Assembly: GCF_000143415.4 (NCBI RefSeq)
Contig: NW_003314394.1
Coordinates: 186,042-250,041, forward strand
Length of the DNA: 64,000 nucleotides
Source: Selaginella moellendorffii
Lineage: Eukaryota > Plantae > Lycopodiophyta
Direction of reading: 5' to 3'
Shown here: piece after piece, positions 12,870 to 24,437 of the stretch
Position numbering within the stretch: position 1 is the stretch's first letter
How the letters are laid out: every line of letters starts with the position of its first letter
Translations under genes and position numbers: made by a program
The notes under the pieces: model-generated
The model's database searches: none
Told to the model about the DNA's origin: nothing
The model's input: the letters and a program-made list of their open reading frames with translations, nothing else

Positions 12870-13290
12870 GATCCCTTTGCAACATTCTAACACAATCTAA
12901 TGGAAGCCAAAAAAAAACACATATAAGGAAAGCCTTAAATTTTAATATTAACCTGGAAACATTTTGGGTCACATCTTAGAATGTCAAGTATATAAATATT
13001 TTTCTATACTATGATTTTCTGATATTATAATTTCTTTAATTTATTTATAATCAAGGTTGTAATGTTTCTTATCTCTAGAGTTTGCATGAGCTGGATCCAC
13101 TAAATATCCAAAACCATACTTTGTTACATAACTCCACCTTTTAAAAATATAATCTCAAGCAAAGTCTTCAACTACAGCCAACATAGAGTTCATAGATGAG
13201 TCAAAGTCCTCCATATCCACAACCATCAAACATAAGGTAAAGCTCAATGGGTTAATTCAAGTCTTACATAGCCATGACCATCAAACACAA
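12870..13290. repeat. Dispersed AT-rich repeat, copy 2 (of 460-880)
   Basis: Direct alignment with 460-880 and 22215-22430. The upstream 12530-12870 also matches 21790-22215. Confidence 0.7.
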
Positions 13291-13329
13291 GCCAAGAGGC
13301 TCTATAGAGTGTTTCAAGTGAGGGATAGT

Positions 13330-13768
13330 TGTAATATATGTGGTTTTTACCTTTTATCTTATGGTGATTTACTATAGAATAACCATGAAATGGAACTTAA
13401 ACCCTCTATATGCCACATGTCACATGCCACGTGTTCAAAGGATAGTGGTCTAGAACCTGAGTTTCAGAGCTTTGGGCCACTAATCGAAGGAACGAGGGAC
13501 AGGAGCACAGAACAACTTAGAACAGTTTTAGAGCATCCAATATCCCAATGCTAGAATCAGCATGCAAAATGAAACCAAATAAAGTCGGGTGTTATTTTAG
13601 CATACCAGTGGCTTAACGTGAGGATATGGGTACTCCCCCAGCTAGCATGGTGTGAAACTTGGGTTTAGACCCAAGCCGAATGCAAAATAAGGATAGCCAT
13701 GCAAACAAGAGCTAGATTTTGCCTTAGGTTAGTCAGCCGTACCCGATTTACCCACTATCCCTACTATA
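13330..13768 (-). mobile_element. Solo LTR (family 1), reverse orientation
   Basis: Reverse complement of the 19067-19588 LTR: starts 'tgtaatatatgtggtttttacctttta' and ends 'cccactatccctactata'. Confidence 0.7.
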
Positions 13769-14179
13769 TTTTTGGAACCCTTTTGCCCCCCCGCCCCCCC
13801 CCCCCCCCTAAGGAACACACTTTGGGCTTTCACCCCAATCCTCCTTTAGTGTCAGGAGTTAGTCTCTGGGATAAGCTCAAAACTTACTAAATATGGAATG
13901 TTTTTAGATTGTGAATTTGGACATGGGACAAACACCATTGTGTTTAGGACAATCTCTACATTCCGTAGATATGCCAAATGAGCAAATCTAGACACTTTTC
14001 ATAAATAGCATTTGGGACCAAAATAAAACTAACACAAAAGGCATAATAGCGAAGGTGTTTAGCAGATATAGTAAACTATCATTCAGTGATATTGAGAGAT
14101 TAATCTTAATACACGAGGGTTCTTGTCATTAGCCAATGCAAGATATAACAAGACAGGAATTCTTTACTAGGCTAAGTAT

Positions 14180-14678
14180 ACTTAACTAATAGTACGTAGG
14201 AATTTTGTCCTTATGCTTGTTCGGTCTAAGTACACTTGAAATGCCCAGTTAACTCCACTAGCATAAGAGGGACTAATAATGGGTCCAAGAATACCGACCT
14301 TTTACCATTGTGGCAGTAAAAAAAGAATATCCGAAAGGACAGCCGATAGGTAAATTTTGATACATGCTTTATTTCGTTAAAGTGGAACTTTTCATTATCC
14401 CACTTATGGTGTGTGGCCACATGCCATTTTTATAACAACAATAAAAAATTGAAGTTTTAGCTTTATAATTTATAAATTAAAAACTTTTCATATGATTTTG
14501 TGTTATAATATTGTGAAATATAAAAAAATAAACTAAAAAACTGATAGAAATATTAATAAATATTAATTAAGTACTAGTGGACACATGCTAATTAATATCC
14601 CACTTTACTGAATAAGTCCCACTTTAACGAAATAAAGCATATACCTAAAGTCACATTTGCAACACTCTCCCCCCCTTA
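14180..14678 (-). mobile_element. LTR (family 3) on the minus strand, preceded by a polypurine tract
   Basis: The minus strand reads PPT 'taagggggggagag' then 'TGttgcaaatgtgactttaggta'. Homologous to 18777-19050 (+) and 20640-20850 (-). Confidence 0.6.
14363..14641. mobile_element. Tc1/mariner-type (Stowaway-like) MITE, 279 bp, TA target-site duplication
   Basis: TIRs 'catgctttatttcgttaaagtgg' and 'ccactttaacgaaataaagcata', flanked by TA at 14361-62 and 14642-43. The empty site 'ttcgaTAcccaaagtcacat' is visible in the LTR copy at ~20823-20843. Confidence 0.85.
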
Positions 14679-14881
14679 GGGAAGATCAACGTCTTCATTG
14701 ATGCATGCTCTAGTCTAGACCACTAGCAAGGAAACAACTCTAGAAAAAGTTCACGGTGATCACACTGCACTAACTTAAATGAGTTAGGGAAACCTCTTTG
14801 TCTAACACGGATGTGCTACCAACTCAGACACCTTCCGGCCGTTGTTAATAAGGAAATAACCAACAGAGTCAGCCACCTTTG

Positions 14882-15654
14882 TGTAAGCAACCAAAAAGAA
14901 CGACTTAAGAGATGATCCATGGGGTTCAAATATAGAGGGAAAGGGCTTATGAATAAGAGTGCACCCCCTTTTTCCAATCGATTAAAGGTTTTGGGATATT
15001 TAGGGTTAAGTGTCCTTGGGTGTGAATAGTATTGGGCTGGGTGACCTCCCAAGAAGTCCAAACTCAGGAGCTTACATTTGGTATCAAAGGGTTCTTAGGT
15101 CCGACTCGATTGGTTGGCTAGGGGAATCACACCACATGGGTTCTTAGGTCCAACTCGATTGGTTGGCTAGGGGAATCACACCACATGGGTTCTTAGGTCC
15201 AACTCGATTGGTTGGCTAGGGGAATCACACCACATGCTCCTGCTGGGCTCGACATTTGGTATTAGAGGGTTCTTGGGTCCAACTCCGTTGGTTAGCTAAA
15301 GGAATCACACCACATGTTGATTGACATCTGGCTGGTCCAGTTTGCTCCCATTGCGCTCGACTCGAGGGGTATGGTGTTAAGAGAGTGGGGCTCTCGGGAG
15401 AGCTATGGCTCTCAGCTTCCGTTTATGAGGGCATGAATTTGCAAAAAAGTGTAGTGGATTGTAAGCAACCAAAGAGAACAACTTGAGAGATGATCTATGA
15501 GATTCAAATATAAAGGGAAAAGGCCCATGAATAAAAGTGCACCCCCTTTTCCAATCGGTTAAGGGTCTTGGGATATTTTGGGTTAAAGCGTCCTTGGGTG
15601 TGAATAGTATTGGGCTGGGTAACCTCCCGGGAAGTCTAAACTCAGGAGCTTACA
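14882..15654 (+). mobile_element. Cassandra-like TRIM (non-autonomous LTR retrotransposon with 5S-rRNA-derived LTRs)
   Basis: Two 195-bp TG...CA LTRs (14882-15076 and 15460-15654), PBS 'TGGTATCAAAG' at 15079, and a non-coding 383-bp interior. Each LTR contains 'gttaagtgtccttgggtgtgaatagtattgggctgggtgacctccc..gaagtcc', which resembles the plant 5S rRNA A/IE/C box region. Degenerate TSD ctttg/cctta. Confidence 0.9.
15089..15315 (+). repeat. 49-bp tandem repeat x3 plus a diverged fourth copy preceded by a second PBS
   Basis: Unit 'gggttcttaggtccaactcgattggttggctaggggaatcacaccacat' at 15089, 15138 and 15187. Then 'aca tt tggtattagag' (PBS at 15257) and a fourth unit at ~15267-15315. Confidence 0.9.
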
Positions 15655-15699
15655 CCTTATTGTTTTGGGTGTCACTCAGCTTACAAAAGTATGATATGC

Positions 15700-18600
15700 C
15701 CCTACCCACAAGGATATAGAGAGAGAAGCCAAAAGCCCCAAGCCTCATGAGCAAACAAACTAAACCCATCGGTAAGGTTTATATGAATTACTGTAAACAA
15801 GTAGTTAGAGTTGTTTACACAGTCACACTCTTTTTACGAAATAAAGAACACCAACAAAGAGGTGGGTGATGTGACCAATCGATAGTAACTACCCCATGAC
15901 TAGAGATTTCACCATGCACACAAAGTGCTGAAGCTAGTTTGCCTATACTGGCCCCAAACTTAAAAATCAATACATGGACAATATCAAAGTTAGAAACAAT
16001 GAGATCTTAGAGACTTAATTATTAGTGAATAAATCTTAGATTAAAACACAAATGTATTCTAAATAAGTTATCATTTTGATAAACCAATATTATAGTATAG
16101 AAACCATTAAGATCACTATAGTTGGACGACATAAGATTCACTATCCAACAAAATTCAATAGCTAATATATATCATTAATAACACTCAATGATAAAATTTA
16201 ACTATCAAAGATTGTGAATAGCATACCAAACAACTTATGAAAGACAACTCAAAGAACACAAAGTATCATTGAGAGATAAGCAAGAAGTTTGCGAATATAT
16301 CATCAAAAGGTAATAATATCCAACTTATCAGAACTAACTATAGCAATAATTAATAAAACAAAGTGAATGCTATAAAACTAACAAACACTTATTCATGCCA
16401 ACTATTGCACTAGCCACAATATGAAGGAACTCAAGTTGTTTAAGTAAGCGTCAGTAACATATTATCAATGTCTCAAACCCAAAAGACTAATCTAGAACAT
16501 ACCACAAAGAACATATGGTAATGCGAAAAACCATAAGTCATCAAAGAGAACTAACTATCATGAAAAATCATTAATCATCTCATCAAAAAAAGATATGCAG
16601 AATCATCGTCAAAGAAGGAATCCACTATCTCAAAGAACAGCGAATTATTCTATATTAACAATAAAGTAAAACCTTTTGACAAGGATAATCAACTATCTTT
16701 AGTCAATCATCACCAATGATTGTTATATGCAAAAGCTAACTTCAATATCGAATCTAATAAGCCAGAATGCATTCCCTAACAAGCATGAAAACTCAAGGAA
16801 CCAAAAGTTCAAAAAAGCCTATAACCAAGTTTTGTATAATAATAATCACGAGTTTTGCATGAACTAACTTCAATGCTAAAGAAGAAATTATGGTATAACC
16901 CACAATATCCTTCTTAACACATCTATAAGCTAAACTTAAAAAATGCAAAGCTAATGAAGAGCATTTTTGCATCAATCCAAAAGCTAAGTATAACAGAATT
17001 ATACTCAACAAGTGACTACCAAACTGATCCTCCATGAATCCATTTATAGCAAAACGTAACTCACTTTATAACAAACACAACAAGAATCATTAATGATCAA
17101 TATATTCTAACTCAAATTCAATAAGGATTCAAACATTCCAATATGGATCATTAACTCTTCCACTTGTAAAGTTAGTATAGTTCACGACTAAATCACTTTT
17201 CAAGGAAAAGCTAAAACTCAACCCCTACTAAACAATCTTATCTAGAACATAACTAACTCAACTTACCACTTAGTTCATTTAAACATTAATACAATTGCTA
17301 ACTAGCAAATGTATGAATGTTAATAACACAAAGCTACAGCTAAATCATTAACATTATCTTTATCATGACTAATGAAACTCAATATCAATCCTACGGAGAG
17401 ATATCTCATTTCACTTAAATCTCAACATCAACAATATCAACAATAATTCATCACTTCTATGCCAACAACACCAGAACAAAGCTAAAAGAAAGCAAGAGTG
17501 AATCACCACCCAAAACTCTTTAACAACTAAACTAACCAAAGTTGAAGATACTTTAATCAGTATCCAAGACTAATCTTTCAACAATACTTAGCTACAAATA
17601 ACATATCATCAAGGAGTGAATCACTACAGACAAGACTCAATATAATCCAACACCACAGACTAAATGTAACTAAATGATATCGATAAATGAATTGATATGC
17701 CAACATGGAAAAACTATACAAGCCATGATATGATCTTATGCAACATCATTCAGTAAAATAAGTTTATCATTGCTAAATTATCATCAAGCGAATTAAATGT
17801 CAAAAGTCTTTGACAAAATCTATAAGCAATCACTAGTTGCAAAGCAACCAACAACCACTCTTCAACTTGTCTTCACAAGACCCAAACACTAAACTTATGC
17901 CATCAAGTTATATACTTATCCAACATGAATGTAATCCCAAGTATAAGATATAGGTTCATGGACAAACAAAAATTAAATAACCACTCGATTCCAACTCAGC
18001 TGCAATAAGTTCACTAACATGGCTAGCTATACATGACCAACACTAAGTCAAAACTAAAGTGAAGACTCATATTGGTACACAACCTCCTCATATACAAAAC
18101 TATAGTATATGTATTAACTTCTTAACCTCAAACAACTAAGTTGGACATCACCATCTTAAGACAAGGCGTAAGCCCACCAAGACCAAGTCAAGATCAGTGA
18201 GAGCTCACTACTCTCATAGAGTTTAACGAAATGCAAGATGTAACTTGCCACCAAACATAATGTTAAAAAAAGAAAGGCATAAGGGTCACTTTTCTAGAAA
18301 AGTGCAATAGCCACTTTTCTACACCAACTCCAAACTTTTCCAACTCAATTGCCTTAGCTTCAAGAAGTTAATATCCCTTTCAGGCTGCATCATATAAACT
18401 ACATACTAAGGTCTAATCAAACCGAAGTCAACTCAAACCCTTTCACTAGTTTGTACAGGCTTACGAAAATGGAAAGGTTTTTGAGTAAAGTGATCAATAA
18501 ATCAGCCATTAGTAAAGTTTAAAAAAATTTATGGAAAATTTTTCATTCTAGAGAAAGCGTGACTTTTAGTCTAAGAATACAAACTTTTAAGACTCAACCA

Positions 18601-18700
18601 ACTTCCTCCTACTAAGAATTTCACATAGGTTTACCTTAATATAAATTCTCATGATCTAACAATGTGCTTAAGCATTGAATATCTTTGCCCATATATCCAA
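15700..18700 (-). mobile_element. Highly decayed retrotransposon internal region
   Basis: Lies 5' (on the minus strand) of the PPT and LTR at 14664-14678. A/C-rich strand skew and no long ORF. Protein domains are not recognisable by eye. Confidence 0.35.
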
Positions 18701-18776
18701 CATCCAACACTGACATCTGCAAAATGCAAAATGAACATCCAAGGCTTGATCATGAAGACCATATCTTTAGATATTT

Positions 18777-19050
18777 TGCCGCGAATATGACTTTGGGTAT
18801 CGAAAGTTATCTGTCGGCCAGTCTTTACGGACACTTCTTCCTTATTGCCACGATGGCAAGAGATCGGTATTGCTGGTTCCCTTTATCAGCCCCTTTTGTT
18901 CAAATGTTAATTTACTGGGCTTAGCATCTGTATTTAGCCAGATGGACATAAGGTAGGAACTCCTATGTGTTTCTAGCTGAGCATACTTGGCCTGGCTCTT
19001 AATTCTCTTTTGCTCTGTCTTGCACTAGCTTAACAAAAACCCTCGCATAT
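18777..19050 (+). mobile_element. Partial LTR (family 3)
   Basis: 'TGccgcgaatatgactttgggtatcgaaagttatctgtcggc' is the reverse complement homologue of 20805-20850 and 14340-14664. Confidence 0.6.
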
Positions 19051-19066
19051 TGAGATTGGTCCCAAA

Positions 19067-19601
19067 TGTATAATAGGGATAGTGGGGTAGGTCAAGCATG
19101 GCCAACTTGAGGCATAGTCTAGCTCCCACTTGCATGCCTGTCCTTGTTCTGCGTCCGGCTTGGGTCTAAGCCCAAGCTCCACACTATGCTAGCTGGTGGA
19201 GTACCCATATTCTCACGTTAAGCCACAGGTATGTTGAAATAGCGCCAGATTCTGTTTAGCTCCATTTTGCGTGTTAGTCCTAACATTGGGATGCTAGTTG
19301 CTCTAGGACTGTTCCAAGTCACTCCATGCCCCTGTCTCTTTGCTCCTTAGGCTGTACGCTTGGGAGTTGCTCCATGGTCCGGTTCCATCACTCCTTGGCT
19401 CCATGCTTGGGGGTTTGGCACCATTCCTTCGTTCAGAGGCCCAAGGCCCTGAACCTTAGGTTCCACACCACTGTCTTATAGACATGTGGCATATGACACA
19501 TGGCACATAAAGGGTTTAGGTTCTGCTTCGTGATGTTATCCTATGGTAAATCACCATAGGATAAAGGGTAAAAACCACATGCGCTACATTTGGTATCAGA
19601 G
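19067..19601 (+). mobile_element. LTR (family 1, TG...CA, 19067-19588) with tRNA-iMet primer-binding site
   Basis: 'TGtataatagggatag...gcgctaCA' then TT then 'TGGTATCAGAG' (19591-19601). Decayed internal sequence follows to ~20640. Confidence 0.85.
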
Positions 19602-20639
19602 GATGAGTCTCAGCGAGTACTATCCAATGAGATTGGGCAACTAGTCTCATTGCATATGCAAAGATGAAAACAATAATCCGAGAGGGTATACGTTTTGGTG
19701 CAAAGGCTTCGCAATCGTTCCTTGGGTATGGATTTTGGTTACCTTTTTGTACCGTAATAATATGAGTTTGCTCTTAGGCTCATAAGATGGATTTGAGATG
19801 TTCCATTTGCACAAGTTTGCACTTGGGCTTGTGAATGAGGCACATTAGCATGAGTTTGCGTTGGGCTTGTGAGTGAGGCACATTAGAAATTCAAAGTTGC
19901 ACTTTGAGTTGGCAAGATTAATGTTAGCTTATCGGTGGTTCCATAAGTTGTTCTATGTACCGTGGGTGAAAGTAAAACTTCCCTAGGTTTACTATGAGTG
20001 GCAAATAGGCTAGTCCATAGCTGTTTAGCATGGCACTAGTGGATCCTTCCTAGGCATAATTATGAGTGGATCAATCAAGACTGTAGGGATTAATCTATTG
20101 GTTCAAGTAGTCATTGCTATGCTCTCTCATAAACTTTTCTTGGATTGGACTAAAAGTAGTATGAAAGTAAGCTTGAGGTTTAGTCAAAGATGAGACTAAA
20201 TAAAGAGTTGTCAGGGACGAAGGATCAAACACATAAATCATTTTCTCTTCTTGAAAAGATGATTTGCAATGAAGAGTGACTCATTGCTCGTGTTCACAAT
20301 ATGCAATCAAAAGTCCCTACCTTGATGCATGTTAGAAGTGATGGTTTTACAAGCGGTGAGTTATGGGATGGATAGTGGTGAAACGTTAAACCATTTTGTC
20401 TAGGCTTGTTATTGGAAGACTTAGGTTGCAATGCTCAATTCTTTTTTGAGGAACCTTGCTATTGCTCCTTGAGTAGCTTAGTATTAGATTAGTTTTGAGA
20501 TTGGTCGGAAAGAGAGTGGCATGAGATTGTTCGTGTTATGAACAAAAGTTAGTGGTATTGAGTGTTGTAAATCTCTATTGGTGAAGTGTGGCATTTATGT
20601 TGTATTTTGTCAAATCGAGTTGACACTTGATACTTACAT

Positions 20640-20850
20640 AAAGTATTTTTAGCTAATAGTACATAAGAATTCCATTCTTATGCTTGTCCGATTTAAATAC
20701 ACTCGAAATGCCTAATTAACTCCACTAGCACAAAAGGGACTAATAATGGGTCTAGCAATACCAACCTCCTGTTGTTGTGGCAATAAGAAAAAAATACCCG
20801 AAAAGACAGCCGACAGATAACTTTCGATACCCAAAGTCACATTCATGACA
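20640..20850 (-). mobile_element. Partial LTR (family 3), minus strand
   Basis: Matches 14180-14360 plus 14643-14664 without the MITE, and ends in 'tgaca'. Confidence 0.6.
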
Positions 20851-21373
20851 ATAGCAAGTAAGTTATGTATGGCTGACCAATTTAAAGCATTGTCTAACTC
20901 TTACCTACATGTCTGTCCTTATTTTATGTTTGGCTTGGGTGTAAAATTAAGCTTTCTACCATATTAGGTAGTGGAGTATTTATATCTTCATATTAAACCA
21001 TTAATATGTTGAAATAGTGTAAAACTTCATTTAACTCTATTTTGTATGTTAGTTTTAGCGTTGGGATGGTAAATGCTCTAAAACTATTCCTAAGTTGTTA
21101 GTTCTATTCCTTTGCTTATTAGATTATATACTCAAGAGTATTTCTATGTTTTGATTCTTTCACACCTTGGATATATGCTTTGGAGTTTGGCTCCATCTCT
21201 TTGTTTAGTGTCTCAAGGCCCTGAAACTTGAGTTTCACTTTGCTACTCTTGGTCCACATGTTTAAGGGTTTAAGTTTTGCTCTATTGCATATGTCTAATG
21301 GTTTAGATTCCTCTTTGTTGTTGTCCTATAGTAAATCACCGTAGGGTAAAAGGTGAAAACCATATGCCTTACA
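20851..21373 (+). mobile_element. Degenerate LTR (family 1)
   Basis: Aligns with 1304-1991 and 19067-19588. Ends 'gggtaaaaggtgaaaaccatatgccttaca'. Confidence 0.65.
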
Positions 21374-22869
21374 TCACCTTAGTCCTAGAAAATAGTATTT
21401 GGGACAAATAAAAAATATATTAAATATAGAATTGTGTCAAATTGTAAATTTAGGCCTAAAAGCAATACCATTGTATTGAGGACAATTTTTACATTTTATA
21501 GATATACCTAATTAGTAAATTTAGTCATTTTTCATAAATAACTAATGAGACTAAAATAGGACCAAAATATAAAGCATATTGGTGAGAGTGTCTAGTGGAT
21601 ATAATGTAGTGATATTAAGGGATTAGTGCTTAATATGCAAGGGTTTTTATCATTATTTAGTGCAACCAAATCAAGTATACTTACTCTTCAATTCAAGTAT
21701 ACATAAGATAGCTGATTTCTAAACTAGCTTAGGCAAAAACCAATAAGGGGGATCTTTTGTTATCATGGCAGTAAAAAGAGAATATTTAAATGGATTTACT
21801 CTATAAATATCTCACCTCATTTGGGTCAAATAGGCAATATACTATAAACTTGTTTACTATTGAACTCTTGAAATTGAATATAAAAATTAAAGTTTTGAAG
21901 GAATCTAGAATAATTACTTCATTAAAAAATTTCAACAAAATAATTTACTATCCATGCTACAAGCTTCACCAAAATATACCCATCCTACTTTTATCACATC
22001 CTTGAATATTTTGTTGAGTTGTTTATTAAAGAGTGTATTGCCAATAATGGTACACTCCACATGATATGGTTGTTGAAGAAAAAACCTTTCCACTCTAGAT
22101 AGATATAATTAGAATTTTTATAAACTCCTTTAATTCAAATTTGACTTCTACCATTGTATTTAATGCAAAATAAAAATTCCCTGCTAAAAAGATCTCTATA
22201 ATAGTAATCCAATATGACTCCATACCTAAAGCTCTTTGAAACATTTTAACACAATCTGGTGAAAAAGCATACAAGGCTTTAAATTTTAATACATTCTAAG
22301 TCACATTTTTTAATGTCAATTATGTAGATATATTTTTATAGTTTGTTATTAAAATTTTCTCTGTTTGTAATCAAGGTTGTAATATTTCTTATCACTAGAG
22401 TTTGCATGAGTTGGATACTTTAAATACTGAAAAACCTTTATATCAGCAGTTTGCATGCTTGCTATAAGTTTAATGGCTGATCTTATTATATGACAAGTCT
22501 TCAATCACGTGACTTAAAGTTTAATATTTACCATTTTGCATTGTGTGCTGAAAAAGTATTCTAACTCTAATGTTTAAAAGAGTTGTCATAGCTTTGCCAC
22601 CAAGCTTTACTAAACAGCATCTTTACATAATGTTTTGTGTTTACTTATTTGTATATTTGCAAGGAAGCAAATATCAAACTTTGAAATTTTTGTTTATCTG
22701 GTAATGACAAGTGTGAGTTTCTGAAACTTTCATTTAGTAATGTATTTTTATAACCATGGATGCAAAAGCAAGCAAAGCAAAATGGGATTTTGTATTTAAG
22801 TTAGTCATTTAATTTCCAGAGTTTTTAGGTACTCACAAACATGATTTTGGATCTTCTAAAGCTATAAAT

Positions 22870-23697
22870 AAGCGCCCTTCCCTGGCCGGGTCTCCACATC
22901 CTTCATTTCTCTTTTGAAGATTCCATAGGGCGGTTCAGGGAACAAATATCTTCAAGCTTCTCGATGCCTAAATCTGTGCTAACAACATAGCTACACACCA
23001 CGCCTTAGAACTACTGATCGTATAAAAAGAGAAATTTGAGAAATCCAGGCCTTCTGGGGAACTCGTAGAGAAAACGATCGCCTCCAGATATCTGGGGAGA
23101 AAAGATCACTGCATTTGGTCCAGCATCAAAAGTGTACGCTGCCTGGAATGTTCTCACATCAATGTAACGAAATCTGATTAAATAAAAAAATACCTGAGGA
23201 CTTCCTTCCAGTGCTCCACGAGTCCAATGATCCTTCTGGAGGTATCGTTCATGTAGCAAATTGGTGGAGAGGTGTCTAGGCAAGTTGCATGGAACTGGTT
23301 GCTGTCCGCGCAAGTCAACTTGGCGAAGGAAGAGAAATCGCGTTTGGACAGAGCTTCTTCCATCTCAGTGATTCTCCCTGTTTGGGAATATAAACTTACA
23401 TATGCCAGGAAGTCAAAATCGAGAGAGAAAAAATCGATAATGTAGGAGTGGACTTGTCTGGACAGACTCTTGCATGCCCGATGTATTGCTCACTTCTTTC
23501 TGCCGCGAACTCACTTAGATAAAATCACAATAGGTACACTCAGAACTTCCAAAGCTTTATACTTGCCCACAAATCACAAACTTGTGATGCTCTACAAACG
23601 GAAATCTTTTCCATCGTCCCTCTTTACAACACACATAAAAGCATGTTAATATCAAAGTTTTTCTACGACAAAACAAACTTGACAAATCCTCCATGGA
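22870..23697 (-). pseudogene. Diphosphomevalonate decarboxylase pseudogene (3' two-thirds, introns retained, many deletions)
   Basis: Colinear with 28610-29595, for example '[49 protein letters not shown]'. Contains frameshifts and lacks the 5' exons. Confidence 0.9.
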
Positions 23698-23906
23698 ACC
23701 ATGCCTTTCTTCTTTATTTCCTCGGCTTGAGACGACTTGGACGAGGATTTAATCCAAATGCCGGGAGCGCTCCTGGCGGATTCAATCCAATCCTGGGAGC
23801 GGAAACGGTCCAGGTGGTCTTAATGCACAGGGTGGAGGCATGAGAAAACCGGGGTGGTCTCCTAGTCCAGGAAGAAATGCCAGTGGAGGCTATGGAAGTG
23901 GGGTGA

Positions 23907-24225
23907 TTGCACACCAGATCCATCCAGAATTTCCAAGACGATGGCGATTCCCCAGCAGCGCCAGCCGCCGCGAGGAGCACACGGAGATCATCACCTTCTA
24001 CGATGCCGCCGGGGAGCTGGACGATCGGATATTCGCAGCCTCTCAGGAGCCAGCCAATGATCGGGTCCCCGCCCCACTTCTGGCGATGCGCTCCAGCACC
24101 GCTCCAGCTTCTCCGGCCCACGATATCGACCTGGGCTTGTTTATGCTACCAGGAGTAGCGGAGCGACTCTTTCATCGATCCCGAGGATGAGAATGCTTGG
24201 AGAGATGCCGTGGCGATGCTCCACC
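23907..24225 (+). pseudogene. Abraxas/ABRO1-like pseudogene fragment
   Basis: 'HTRSIQNFQDDGDSPAAP..RREEHT...FYDAAGELDDR' copies 30541-30990 with deletions and a small inverted segment. Confidence 0.85.
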
Positions 24226-24437
24226 ATTGTCACCATTCGTCCAGTTGACAATGGCAGATATCAAGACCGACGTGAACGCTGTACGACCACCACCTAGGGG
24301 TCTCCCAGAACTGGGTTCGTTCCATCAAACACCTCCATCTCTCTCCATGGAGGCTGTGGGGTGGAGGATGTGAACAAGGACCTTTGCTACTAGCCTGGTA
24401 AGTTTTTGTTGTGTGTCCAAAAGTGGAGAATCATTTG

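Noticed and set aside
13786-13808. Poly-C run as a G-quadruplex or regulatory element
   Set aside because: A simple homopolymer inside decayed repeat DNA with no supporting context.
15003-15059. 5S rRNA gene
   Set aside because: Only the internal ~55 nt is present, it is diverged, and it is embedded in both LTRs of a retroelement.
15089-15315. Regular repeats as a CRISPR array
   Set aside because: The units are contiguous with no unique spacers, and they lie inside a plant TRIM.
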